A DNA stretch of 63,971 nucleotides, filler included, from Collodictyon triciliatum (Eukaryota), in the NCBI GenBank assembly GCA_043381765.1. It is 12 parts of 12 records of this genome, joined end to end, with 100 filler letters (N's around TTAATTAATTAA, not from the genome) between each part and the next. Parts side by side here need not be neighbours in the genome. Positions count along the whole stretch, not along the records: positions 23,755 to 29,571 come from JBHJMP010004912.1; positions 29,672 to 35,490 come from JBHJMP010004913.1; positions 35,591 to 41,406 come from JBHJMP010004914.1; 9 more parts are not named here. One strand, written 5' to 3'. The notes beneath the pieces are model-generated. The model was not told the DNA's origin and did not search any database. It saw nothing but the letters and a program-made list of their open reading frames with translations. Positions within the stretch are counted from its first letter, which is position 1. Every line of letters begins with the position of its first letter. The translations under genes were made by a program, and so were the position numbers. Shown here piece after piece: positions 27,144 through 41,272 of this stretch.

Positions 27144-29571
27144 TTGACGGACTTCAGTGAGACCATGCGCGAGGCTGGCGCCAGTCAGCCTCGTGCAGGG
27201 TCGAGCTTGCATCGGGAAACGGAACCTCCCGATCGATCATTCGTGGCTGACGTACCGCGATCAAAAAGTGCGATTGAGAACGAACTCTTCAAAGACGAAG
27301 ACTGCTTTGTCCGCCTTCGGGGCAAGCAATGGCCGGTTCTCTCTTTCGCAAACCGTAGTAATATGTGCAAGCAACTGCGGGCTGTAATGGAAGCCAGAGA
27401 TTCGTGACACTTATGATAGACAACCCTACCCTCGGAATAAAAAGTCGCCTTCCCAAGAAAAGAAAACGCAGCTGCCTTCATTAAGGAGGGGTCGTTTAAG
27501 CTCCTCAATCACCTTTACACTCCCATGCCAGCAAAAACTGTCACAAAGGTTGCGCACCTGTCTAACATACCGCTGGACATCCACTGAACTGATTTTTTCA
27601 AAGCCTGCAGTAAATACTTCACCCCAATCAAAGTCAACTGGACAAAGCCTGGAAGAATGTGCATGAATGATTTACTCGTTACAGTTGGCAAAAAACAGGA
27701 AAAAATGGGGAAAATACCTACCTTTGTCGTCATTCATGGCAGATGCTGTCGCGTGGAGATACGCGCCTTCAAAGAGTCTGACATCCCATCAACTCTCCCC
27801 AACAAAGAAGGAAATGACACACAATTTCAAACCACAGACCACAAAAAAAAACTACTCCCAAGCCAATCACCAAAAAAGAAGCGACCACCAACAAACAAAA
27901 CGCCGCCACTCGCTTCTCGAGCTCCAACGCATAATAAGCCGACTTCTACGCTAAAGACTGGCCAAGCGTGCAGGTATCGTCTGTGCAGAACAAGTCCAGA
28001 GCCCACAAACAAGGCCAAAGGCAACACTCGTCGTCCTCTAATGCCAGAGGGAAAAATCGTGACAAGACACCCGTGGATGAAGTGCTCGAAGTCTCAATCA
28101 AGACAAAGGTTCAGGAGCGGCCCCAAAATCAAGAAATGAATATCGAAATGATGGACGAAACACCAGGCGATTTGTACGAAAGTGCTGCATCAAGTTCACC
28201 AGCGAACACAGAGGAAGCAGTATCAATCGTGGAATGGCTTCAAAGTGGACGAAACATCGCTAGTCTCCAAGATTCCAAACCTCCTCAAGCCGATGATATC
28301 TCGCCAAGCTCTCCTTTAAACCATGGAGAGGACGCCGAGGAAAGGGAAACCCAAGCCAACTCGGTAACAGAATCGGGAAACAGCATAATGGCACCCAGAA
28401 AACCACACCCGCCTGCCTCCTTAGAGAACATGGTTCTGGGACCACCCAAGAGACTCTTTCTTCAGCAAGTGCTGCGCAATCCATAAGAAGCGACGTCCCA
28501 GACTCGGGATTGGAAGAACAACAGTCCATTCAACCTGTCGTCATCATAGAAGGTTCTGCTGGAGAAGAAAGTGAGCACCTTGAAGCTTCGGGAGCGACAA
28601 ATTACTCTTCAAGCACCGTTTATGGGAGCAGACCTACTGTCAAAACTCTTGCGACTCCCCAGCGAGAAACGGCTTCCTATCCAAGAAAAAGAAAGGTAGA
28701 CGAATATAAAACATCGGTTACTCATCCTGCAATCACTAGCGCCCCAAAAAAGATCGAAACCGTCGAAGATAAAGCCTCGCCCGAGGAAAAGAGAATGAAT
28801 CAGTCAAGTACACCACCGAATATAGCGAGCCAGAAAGCAAGCCAGAATGAAAGCGGAATCATGGTTGGCCCTGCCTACCGCGTGGATGAGAGAGGAAAAT
28901 TGGAACCGAGGGTTGCTGACGACCAACAGAGTGCATCTCCCAACACACCAGCTACAAAGGGGGTGCAGCCAAAAGCCCAAGCCCATCCGACAAATCCTGG
29001 CCGAACCGCGAGCAATTACAACACAGGCCAAATGAAGGATAACTCGAGTAAACCATCCCACTCTGAGCAACCCAGCTCCAGCGGAGAGGGCCAATCACCA
29101 GAGGCTACGGCCTCCAAAAGCCAATAGATTATTAATGCGTTTTAACGTTCTGTCGTGGAACGTTAGGGTATTAACGACACCAAAAAAGAAAAGAAAAAGG
29201 CCCTAAACACTGCTCTTTTCTCTCGCGCAGACATCATCTGCCTCCAAGAAACATGGCTCAGCCTTGATAATCTAACCAATGATGAAGTATGGAAACGTCC
29301 ACATAAATGTGCTCCTGTGACGATAATCAACAGAGACACGCAGGTGTAGCGTTTTTATGCAAGAAATGGATAGCCAAACTCAACCCTCGCTTCAGAGAGA
29401 TTATTCCTGGCCGCTGCATAAGTCTCGATATCCAAATCGATGGAGCTGACACTCGTATAATGACGACATACATGTCGCTCCAAACAGCAGGTTCAAATAC
29501 TAGAATACACGAGTATGAGCTTATCTCTAAGGAGATGGAGTCTGCGAAACGCATCATCATCTGTGGAGACT
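27144..29571 (+). mobile_element. L1/Tx1-like non-LTR retrotransposon, degenerate ORF1 and start of ORF2 (APE endonuclease), truncated at contig end
   Basis: ORF2 from 29135: MRFNVLSWNVR(G), DIICLQET, AGVAFL, IIPGRCISLDI, IIICGD = APE motifs, with frameshifts. Upstream ~2 kb ORF1 with stops and frameshifts (VAHLSNIPLD, IPTFVVIHG) and a low-complexity tail. Confidence 0.88.
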
Positions 29572-30349
29572 NNNNNNNNNNNNNNNNNNNNNNNNNNNNN
29601 NNNNNNNNNNNNNNNTTAATTAATTAANNNNNNNNNNNNNNNNNNNNNNNNNNNNNNNNNNNNNNNNNNNNTGTTGAAATCGTCCTGTTATTTATGGATT
29701 ACTCATACCCAGCGTCCGAACAGGGGGATTAAAAAAAAAAAGTATAGAAATGAAGAAAAGATAAAGAAAAGATGAAGACAAAGGAAAAGAAAAATGAAGG
29801 CATGTAAAAAAAAAAAAAAAAGAGTAAAAGTAGAAAAAAATGGAGAGAAAGGCTTTTTTAGAATTACCAGAGCGACTCGACTTTGTTGTCTTCTTTGCAC
29901 CTTGCATGCGTTGTGTACCTGGTTATGGTTTATTCAAAACTCAACTTTCCTTCTCTTTTTATTTGGCTTCTTCAGAAAGCGTGCCTTTTGCTGGGCTCTG
30001 TCCAACACCCCGGTTTACTCCAGCCAAACAGCCCTAGCTGAGGGGAAGCGGCATGAATCAAGCAAATCTCGCACCATATTGCTTTGTATATAGACAACAG
30101 AGTGGCCAATGTGGCTATTTCATAAGGCCCTTCTGCTTACTTTTGCGCCGCTCACTGCCATGCACACTCTGCCTGGCTTTGAATGGAGAAGAACGAAGAA
30201 AAAAGAAACAAATAGAGAAAAAAAAAACACCAGCCTCTCAAACAAAAGCAGTCAAGGCGAACTTTGGCCAAGCGAGATTCATGAATCGAGAATTGAATAA
30301 TGAAAAAAAAAAACGGACTATCGGCTAAACTGGAAATATTAAATTCCAG

Positions 30350-32360
30350 ATATGTCTCTCAAAACATCTGGAAAACATAGGCAAACACAGCGGGAAATCA
30401 GATGAGTCTAAGAAGGGGCGGGTCAGAAGAATGAATCAGTTGGGGCGACGGGCAACGCCTTCTGCACTGGCAAACGCTAAACTCCATGAATCGATCCAAG
30501 AAAGCAGATGGAAGACGCAGACCGTGCAAAAGTGTTGGATGAACTTCTGGTTAGTAGATGTGGAGACGTGATCAAGACCTTCCTCCGTTGGTTTGCTTTC
30601 CTTTGGATGATAATTCCACTCCCCTTTTTTTGCAAAACTTCTGGGCTTCTTAGAGCCTCGTCTACTGCCCTTGAAGCAACCGTCGTACAATAATTAGTTT
30701 ATTTATTTATGTTTTATCAGGCTTGCTTTCTGCTTGTATAGTTTGTATCTCTAATTTTCTTTGTATATAAACTTGTGTATGTTTGCTGTAAAAAAAAAAA
30801 ATGAAATAAATATAATGATAATGTCAAATTTACTCAACAACGAAAAGTGCCAACGAAGACCCAACTTTATACAAATGCGAGAGTGATCTGAAGTCAGTGG
30901 AGAACTGCATGTTTACTGATATGCCTGAGCCTGAGCGTGAGTCTGAGCCCGAAGTTGAAAAGACTGAAGAAAACCAGGAAGAGTCCAAAGAAGGTTGATA
31001 CTGGAACTTCTATTCCGAACTTCTCTTTTTCTTCTTTTTTTTTAAAAAAAAAATGAATCAACTTGATTTTCGTTTTGGTCTTAATGAAATCATCATTTTC
31101 TCTTCAAGAGACTATGAAGATCTCTGCGCTTCCCCGCACCTTTTCTTTCCTGTTCAAACCAAAATTCTATTGTTCTATGAATATACTGAAGGGCTCTCAA
31201 CCAACACGAAAAGAAATTCAAGACCAAGCAATCATAGAGAAGAGAAAGACTTTCTTTTCTTTTTCTTTTTTAGCTTGTTAAAAATCAACAAACGTTCATT
31301 CAATAGAAGAGCCTGAAAACTCTGTGATTGGCGAGCTGGCAAAATCCCATTTGGCTCCTTTATTTGACCCTGATAGCCAAGAGCACAAGAAAACAAGCGT
31401 GGGCAACTTCTTCTCGACGTATTTCCCTCGCGTAAGCTATTCCATCCAGACATATTAATTCTCTTTGTTCCTCTGTCCTGTAAGCTGAAGAATACACAGT
31501 AATCGACATTCCTTGTTTATGTGACATGCACAGTTCTTCAAGGAAGATGATGAAAAGGATGACTAGAGTAGGATTGGGGATCCGTCCATCTTGTCATAAA
31601 GAAAACAACCAGCGATTGAGTTTTCCTTCTTTGTGGACCGCAGCAGACTTAGAAATTTGAATTCTGTACTTGGGATATATTTATCTGACCTTTCATTTTT
31701 TGCAATAAATAAAATTCGTGGTGAGCCCATCCTTCTTTTTCTTTTTTCTTCTTGCATTTAACTTTCTCTACATTTTGAAGGGGGGGGAAACTATTCTGAT
31801 GAAAACAGGCACGTATACCGTCCAAAAGGATGCGTTTTCCGGCACTATAAGAACTTATTATATTGTACTTTATGAAAATATGTCAAGGAAAGACAAAGCT
31901 AGGTGGTGATGCATGCCTCTCATGTGTGCATAGATATTTTAATAGAGATTCTTTGGACTATTAATGTCTAGTATTGTACTCATTCAATTACTTTTATCTG
32001 AAGTAACTCGGTGTGCTCTGGTCGAACTTAATTTATTTTTTGGCAGAGAATGGTAAGAAACGATTAGCTATCGTTGTGGATGTAATTTATCAAAAGCAAC
32101 CTGGATAGAGCTAAATATACTCTTGGTATGAAGGAATCAAGAGGTGGGGTTATGGGTTATCGAGATAGGCATGTGTCACTTTTATTTATCGTATAGAATA
32201 GAGGTATGTCAATTTGGAAATGTATCTATTTCGTGGTGTGCATCCGTGATGCAGGAATCATGTTACAATATAGTCTCCATAAACTTATATAGTGTTTGCC
32301 TTGGTACAAGGACGTCCACATTATAAATACGTGATGAAGCGGTGCCTTCATACGCCATGG
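30350..32360 (+). pseudogene. Probable decayed multi-exon gene of unknown family
   Basis: Coding-like segments bounded by AG/GT (MEDADRAKVLDELLVSRCG, DMPEPERESEPEVEKTEENQEE, FFKEDDEKDD*) are interrupted by stops. No family recognised. Confidence 0.3.
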
Positions 32361-32438
32361 GTGAGCTTCGCTCCGGTCGAAGACTTGTATATCTTGCTGA
32401 AATAGAAGAGTAAACCAATTATGGCGTATATTCTTGTT

Positions 32439-32464
32439 TTTTTTTTCCTTTATTCGATTCAAAG
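32439..32464 (-). mobile_element. Ultra-short retroposon copy A (CTTTGAATCGAATAAAGG-A8)
   Basis: Perfect 17-bp direct repeat TGGCGTATATTCTTGTT at 32422-32438 and 32465-32481. Confidence 0.85.
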
Positions 32465-33535
32465 TGGCGTATATTCTTGTTAAATATATTGTATATTTCC
32501 CATTGTTACATATATATATATTCGCGTTGGTTAATGTTTTTTGGGGTTTTTGGGGTTATTTTGGTCTTTGTGAATGAGTGTCTGCGACACGACGTAGAAA
32601 TTTATTACGGCAAAATATAAATATAGTGGCAGCAGGGTTGCGCATTGAGTATAGAGATGAATTTGTATTAAAAACTCACCGATAATAAACAAACTTATTG
32701 ACTATCCATATGACAAACAAGGTCGAACATGCAAGTACGCAATATCCAGCGGAAAAGAAATTGCGGTCTTCGTTGAGCACACTTGCACTTGTCTGCGCAT
32801 AATCAAGCAAGGGTTGTAAGAAAGACATTCAAAGACAACTAATGTGACTAGGGCAGAAGAGAACAGCACGAAAGACTTGATATCACGCCAAACAAGCTCA
32901 ACCTGCTTTCCTTTCACTGAAAGAATGGCCAGACCAAAGAAAAGTGCCGCAACAAACATAAGGAAGCTACGGAGTCGAAGAATCTCTGTCAGATGAAGTT
33001 CGAGCTGATCAACGTTGCGGTTTTGCTTTGTGGGTGTTCGGTGATTGGACAGAGGGACTTTGGCAAAGGTGGTTGATCGGGAGTTCGCATCACCCCGGTT
33101 TTTGAAGTTCAAATAGTCCATTCCTCGTCAGACTCGTGTGCGAGTGCAGCAGGGGTCGAGGTGTTGGCCAGACCCTTTCAGGCAGTTGCTGTGGAGTTGA
33201 AGGAGCTATGCCAGCGAGAGGTTTATTGGACAGGCTTTATTTCCTTTATGTTTATCATTTTTATGATCATTATTTTGGTTGAGATATGGATTTATTAGAG
33301 AAAAAAGAGCCGGCTCTCCGGAGTGGATGTCCTCCACGCAAAAGGAACAAGTTGACGTTCTTCCGAAAAAAGACCGGTGACTCAGGTCGAGTGTGCTCCT
33401 GCTGGGGCTGTATTTTTTTTTCTTTTTATTATTGGCCATTGTTACTGTGCAACACAAACTCAACCTCCTCAATCAAAGAGGAATTATAATTCTAGTATTA
33501 TAAACTAATATGTTCTTTCGAATAAACAAGGAGTT

Positions 33536-33608
33536 GCCGAAATAGCTCAGTTGGAAGAGCGTAAGACTGAAGATCTTGATGTCCTTGGTTCGATCCCGAG
33601 TTTCGGCA
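33536..33608 (+). tRNA. tRNA-Phe (GAA)
   Basis: GCCGAAA/TTTCGGC acceptor stem, D arm TAGCTCAGTTGGAAGAGC, anticodon arm TAAGA-CTGAAGA-TCTTG, T loop GGTTCGATCC, and a T-run Pol III terminator ~8 nt downstream. Confidence 0.96.
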
Positions 33609-34078
33609 GACCGCCATTTTTTTTAAAGCGGCCCACTCGTTTCCCAGCCTTGATCATTCGCGATGACACCGCCGTTTTTTTTTTTATTTTCTCACCATCT
33701 TATTATTTTCCTTGCGTGTGTTGTTCTTGCGCGCCGCATGATCTGAAGCCCGATCGCAGCGCCCCGTTCACCCCTTTCACCTTTTGCCCGGCGCAGGCAG
33801 AGAGCGGGACTAACAACAGGCTCTTTCTTCTCTCTTCTCTCTTCTCTCTTCTCTCTCTTTTTTTCTCTCTCCTTCTCTCTCCTTCTCTCCCCTTCTCTCT
33901 CCTCTCTCCTTCTCTCTCCTTCTCTCTCCTTCTCTCTCCTTCTCTCTCCTTCTCTCTCCTCTCTCCTCTCTCCTTCTCTCTCCTTCTCTCTCCTTCTCTC
34001 TCCTTCTCTCTCCTTCTCTCTCCTTCTCTCTCCTCTCTCCTTCTCTCTCTTTTTTTCCCACTCTCACGCACGCACAGC

Positions 34079-35325
<1,247 letters not shown>

Positions 35326-36036
35326 GTCCCAACAACCACCATAATTACTTTCTGATCGAATTTTTTTCATCGCTCGGTTTCCATTCGTGTGTAAAAAAAA
35401 AAAAAAAATCGTTTTTATGTTTTTATGTTTTTATGTTTTTATGTTTTTATGTTTTTATGTTTTTATGTTTTTATGTTTTTATGTTTTTATNNNNNNNNNN
35501 NNNNNNNNNNNNNNNNNNNNNNNNNNNNNNNNNNTTAATTAATTAANNNNNNNNNNNNNNNNNNNNNNNNNNNNNNNNNNNNNNNNNNNNAAGAAACAAA
35601 GAAACAAAGAAACAAAGAAACAAAGAAACAAAGAAACAAAGAAACAAAGAAACAAAGAAACAAAGAAACAAAGAAACAAAGAAACAAAGAGACAAAGAGA
35701 CAAAGAAACAAAGAGACAAAGAAACAAAGAAACAAAGAAACAAAGAAACAAAGAAACAAAGAAACAAAGAAACAAAGAAACAAAGAAACAAAGAAACAAA
35801 GAAACAAAGAAACAAAGAGACAAAGAAACAAAGAAACAAAGAAACAAAGAAACAAAGAAACAAAGAAACAAAGAAACAAAGAAACAAAGAAACAAAGAAA
35901 CAAATAGACAAAGAAACAAATAAGGAAAGAGAGAAAGAGACAAGGCCATTCGATGCCATGAAAACAACCAGGGTGATCTTTGCAAGGGCCAACTCCGAGC
36001 TTTGCCCTTTCTGCTGCTTGTGGGACACAGCCAAAT

Positions 36037-38853
36037 ATGACCCGTCTACTAACGCGTCACTCTCATCCACGGTCTGATCAAGCAAGGCGGATGTTGCGAC
36101 CAACAGATGCGTACCAGACGCTCGAGGAGGAAGCCGACGAGGTTGGGAAACTAGACCTTCGAACCACCGTCGAGCTCAACGATCCGCTCCACTCTCGCAT
36201 AGGCTCTGTAAACTCGGCCAACTCTGTCACTTCTCTCCCGCCTTCTCCACAATTCTCATCCACACAGGGCTCTCCGCGTGCCTTGCGGTCCATAAAGTCT
36301 GAGGGAAGCTCGCCTCAACTTGGTTTGAATATCCGATTACATCACCCAATCATTTTACATAGAATGGGCTCCCATTCTGTTGCTCATCATCGTTTTGGTA
36401 TACCTATAATGTCAAAATATCTTCTTTTTTTTTTCCCCCCCTCTCTGCATCTTTGTTAACACAAAAGAAATCATCCTCCGTCAAGGGCCAGTCTTTCCTT
36501 TCTGTCAATCATCTCGCACTCCTCCTGTGACAAATTATAATCACAACTTTACCCATGATTAACACATCCCAGGTACTCCAACCAGCCCTCGCACACCCAA
36601 CCGACTGCCGTATATGCCATCCAACAATTCATTAATGTCTTCAAAGATGCGTTACTATCGCATGCTTGCCCCTCCACAGGTGGAAATATTCAAGCCGCCA
36701 GATCATATCCTTCCCCAAGCACTCTTCATTTCTTTCGGGTACTCTTTCCTCCATTTCTCTTTCTGTCTGATTTAACTAAGAATCAGCCTAGCGATTATTC
36801 AGTTAAAGATATCGTAATTTCGTATCTGCTGGTCCGGAATATGATTTTTGGTTTCGATGAATTTTCTTGTGTGGCTTAAAGTGAGCTATAAGAACAACTA
36901 AGCATTGCCATCGGTAAAAGACAAACATGATAGATGCACTTTCTGTAAAAATAATATCCTCTTTTTTTTTTCTTACTCAGAGAACCGCAACAAAAAGTTG
37001 GGAGTATTACCACCATATTCACTATTTGGAATACAATGATGGGTTCCGGCTTGCTGGCAATGCCCTGGGGATTCAGCCAAAGCGGGTTTGTTGATATCCA
37101 AAGAAAAAAATCACATCATTATGTATTGATTTATATATCAAGTCAATATATCAAAGCGAGCTTGATTTCACTACTTTTTATCATTAAGAAATAGTTGATG
37201 TGCGTAAACCGTACCCAACATCCGTGTAAATTAATTTTTGAAATACTTTTTATCTTTTTTTTTTTTTTTGTAGAATTGCTATTGGAATACTCACTACAGT
37301 GATTATCGGATTCATCAGCTACTTTTCATGCACCATCATCCTATCGAACTGTCTCAATAAGTATGATGACTTCTCTGATGCTTGTGAGCGCTACTCAGGA
37401 CCTTTCGGTAGAAAAGCGGCTGTCCTGTCATCCACGTTGGTCATGGCTGGGGCGAGCATAGTCTATGTCGTTGTGATTATTACATGTTTCTTTGATGTTG
37501 TCAACCTATTCATCTACCTTGGCCAAAGCAAACCAGATGACTATGAGTCCCCGTCAGAATGGAATATCCCGCTTGCATCTCTATGCTGCTTTGCTATGTT
37601 TATTGGCCTCACGATGATTCAAGAGATGAGCGCGTTAATGAAATTCAATCGGCTGGGTATCATAAACGTTGTTTTTCAACTGATCTTTTTTATTGTCAAA
37701 AGTGGAGTCTCGTCCAATGGAATCAATCCTGATGAAAATACCCCTTTGGCCTCCACCGGTTTTGTTTTCCTTTGTGGAATTCTTATGGTATCTTTTTTCA
37801 TTCACAATGCAATCATTCCCATCATGAAATCGAACAAGAATCAAGAGAACAATCAGCGGGACCTTATCCTCGGCTTCATTTGCGTTGGAGTATCTTACAT
37901 GGTAGGATACAGAGACTTTCTTACATATGATTGTCGTCACTGTCATATTGGACACATTTTGTATAATTTCGTTTAACTTTAGGTTGATATATTCACTGCA
38001 AACAATTCCATCATTTCTTTTCACAAGATTCCTTTTGACATAGCTCGTTGGAATTTTGCCGAATCTTGCATTTGACAAGGACGAAATAGAACAAAATTTT
38101 CTAGAAATATTCGATATCGGCGATTACTATGCCTTCGCCGCAAAAACAGGAGTTTTCTTTCAAGTAAGAACATTAATTCACTTTTTTTCCTGATAAGATT
38201 TATATAATGAAAATTGTCTGTTCCCTCACCAGCGTTTAATATTTTATCACATTTGTCAGAGTTTAAATTAAAGTTAACGAAACCAGACTAAATTGATACC
38301 CGATAAATCTACAGCTCGCTACAATCTACCCTCTCTTGTTGTTTGTAGTCCGGAACCAAATATTTGGTATGGTCTCCATCCCACTGACAATATAGATAGA
38401 CTGTTAATGAAATATGCTTTAGCCAATCCCATATAAAAATACAGTTACATTCTTGGAGCAAAAAACTGTGACAAAGAAGCAATCTGTGACTACAAATCTC
38501 GGGTTAATACTTTTTGGCATCGGTATCGCCATACTGGGTGTTGAAATCGGGGTTATTCTAAGGTACAAGTTCCTTCTAATCACGTATACACATAGACAAA
38601 GAAAAAGAAAGGAAATCATATTATGATTTTTTTAAAACAATATAATAATTTGGCCTCTATTTTTTTTCACAGCTACGTTGGCTCTGTATGCGGACTTGTC
38701 TACATATTTGTATTACCGCCGTATATTCAACTGAGAAAGCTCAGTGAAGAGCGCGCGTTGGGCATCACAGACACAATCAAATACTCATCCATAATTCTAG
38801 TTGGGGCCTTTGTCTTCTTCCTTCGGATACTAAGCGACTTTATCACCTTTTAA
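36037..38853 (+). CDS. SLC38A9: SLC38A9-like lysosomal amino acid transporter/sensor
   Basis: TIFTIWNTMMGSGLLAMPWGF, SFFIHNAIIPIMKSNKNQENNQRDL, IEQNFL, and N-terminal MRYYRML...PPDHILP motif. Start codon uncertain. Confidence 0.85.
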
Positions 38854-39076
38854 AGTTGTTTATTCATTATATACAACAGCATGAGCGTACGCACCAAAAT
38901 CGTTTCTCTTACACCAAGCATTTTGTCTTGTTTTTTTCTTTGTTTTGCTGCCACCGAATCCGTTCCCCAAGACAGAAAAAAAAGAAGAAAAACACTTGCG
39001 TATAATCAATATCCATCCGTCTTTTCCACGACGCGTCCCAGCAGCCATCTGCGGTTCATAAACACGCAGCAACACA

Positions 39077-41272
39077 TCAGTCCTGCCCTACCAATTGGTT
39101 TCTATGGGGCACGGGCGGCTTGTCGGAAGGTAGCTCGCATTGGGGCGCCAGTATGAGTTTGGGCAGATTCTCGGCCGACCGGTTCTGGCTCTGACTCTGG
39201 ATTGAGATGGACCCGGAGCTCCCAACCGGCGCCAGGTTTCTCAGACTCCCGAAGCTGCTTGCTGAGCTCGGCGCCAACACGCCCACCCCCATGGACATCT
39301 GACGAACAATCTTTGCACTTTCTTTGAAGCGAAACAGCGCCGCTCGTGCCTTTGCTGCATGATTTGTTCCGTTCTCGCTGTCGCTGTCTCCGGCCGACAA
39401 ACCAGCGGCTCTTTCGGCCTCCTGCAATCGCGCCAAGACCGGGTCGATGAGCACAATGCTCGGCTTGCTCTCGTTGGGTGTGGCATGGAATCCCAGATGG
39501 ATAAACGAGGCCTTCTCGGTGTGGAGGTCGATGTTTTGGATGTCCTCCATGTCGTCTCCGTCGGATGAGTCGCTGTCAAAGTCTGTGTCGATGTTGTCCG
39601 GCGCATCGGTGTTGTTGGGGACATCTGCAGCTACGGCGTTGGCAGCTGAGCTGTAAATGCGTTGAGAAGACAAAGAGTCTTCGTTGCCGCTTAGATTGCC
39701 ATTCTCATCGTCGACATTCTCTGCTGTATGCTCCCTGGTGATTGGCACCTGCCCAGGCTGCTCCACATCCTGTGGCGCCGACTCAGGCTGCCCTGCACTC
39801 TTTCTACGAGGCAAGAAAGACAGGGCTTTCACAAAAGAGAAAGACGGCTTCTGTGCGCGGGGTGAGGTTGGCGGGAAGTCCTCCCGGATTGGGGATAGCT
39901 GTTCTGCACTATTTGTGACAGCCAGGGGCGGCGGGTTGCTCTGTGCCGCAGTTCTCGGGCTCTTGCTCACATTCTTTCGTGGGGATGACGGAATCGAGAT
40001 GTTTGACAGGCTGGAGCGATTCATGATGGAGGACTCTCCTCCGCCAGACAGGCGGGCATTCATATCGCCGTCGTTTTCGGTGTGATTTCCCTCTAGATGG
40101 CGTAATGTGTATATGACACCGCGCTTAACCTTAAACTGACGAGCCTCTTGGCGCAGAATCATGGAGGGTTTGATTGGCTCGCTGACGTGGAACAAAAGAA
40201 GGTCGTTCTTTGGATGTAAGAAATGTCAGATTTTAACCTGCGAAATAATCGAATTGTAAACATGTAAAACTGCAGCGATGAGTTTCCCCTTAAAAAAGCA
40301 TACTTACCTCTCGTAGGATAGATATGTCATGGGAATCGATGAGGTCGACACTGTAGTTTTTGTAGACACAAACCAGACGCGTCACAGTCGAAGGCCGAAT
40401 CCCAAGCACAGCAGAAGCTTGCCGAATAAAGTATTTGTAATCATACTCTCCTGGATGAAACGAAAAGATTTTCTTTTGGGAAAAAAAAGAAGAAAGGAAC
40501 CAATTAAAGTGTGAGCAAACAATAATAAATAATAATGAACAATAAAATGACTGCCCACGACTCATTAGAATGAAAAAGGACTTTTCAGAAAATTGCGGGT
40601 TTCCTCTTGTTCTTCATACAATAGAATGAAGGAAAGACTTATATTATTCTGTAATCATATGGGCAAACCAAATGCTTCGGGCTGTCGGGGTGAATCTTCA
40701 GAATAACACGAATCTTTTGTCCGACATCAAAAACATTTCCATGGCCAGGTCGAGGCTCAGTAAGTAAAGACACACCTATGAGCCACCAAATCATCTTCGG
40801 TTAATATCTCGCCATCCATGTTTGAAATGCAAGGCTATGGAACATCGCTCATTTACTCGATTGGGATGCTGCCTGAATTCTCATTCGCTCAAGTGCGTCG
40901 TCCTCTCGACTGGTTTCATCAGCTTTTCCCCTTGAAATGTGGCGAGGAAGTAATTAAAGACAAAACAAACAAACAAACAAACAAACAAACAAACAAACAA
41001 ACAAACAAACAAACAAACAAACAAACAAACAAACAAACAAACAAACAAACAAACAAAAGAAAACAAAAGAAAACAAAAGAAAACAAAAGAAAACAAAAGA
41101 AAACAAAAATATAGTACAGCAACAATCGTCTAATGTATTGTTTTGTTTTAGTATATGCAATATTATTTGAATGCTTTATAGTTGAATTCAATCATGTATT
41201 CCATACATTTCATATAACGAACGCCGTTTTCCTTGTGTTCTCATGAAAATAGGACCTTGGCCGGCATAGCCC
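39077..41272 (-). CDS. 3' part of a protein with a KHA/ubiquitin-like domain and a long disordered Ser/Pro/Asp-rich tail
   Basis: Spliced exons give KIRVILKIHPDSPKHLKIFSFHPG...ASAVLGIRPSTV...IDSHDISILRENDLLLF, followed by a 372-codon terminal ORF. Confidence 0.55.

Noticed and set aside
32537-32556. TTTTTGGGG telomere-like units
   Set aside because: Only two imperfect units, internal to a contig
32702-33121. 139-aa minus-strand ORF with two hydrophobic stretches
   Set aside because: No recognisable family or supporting exon structure
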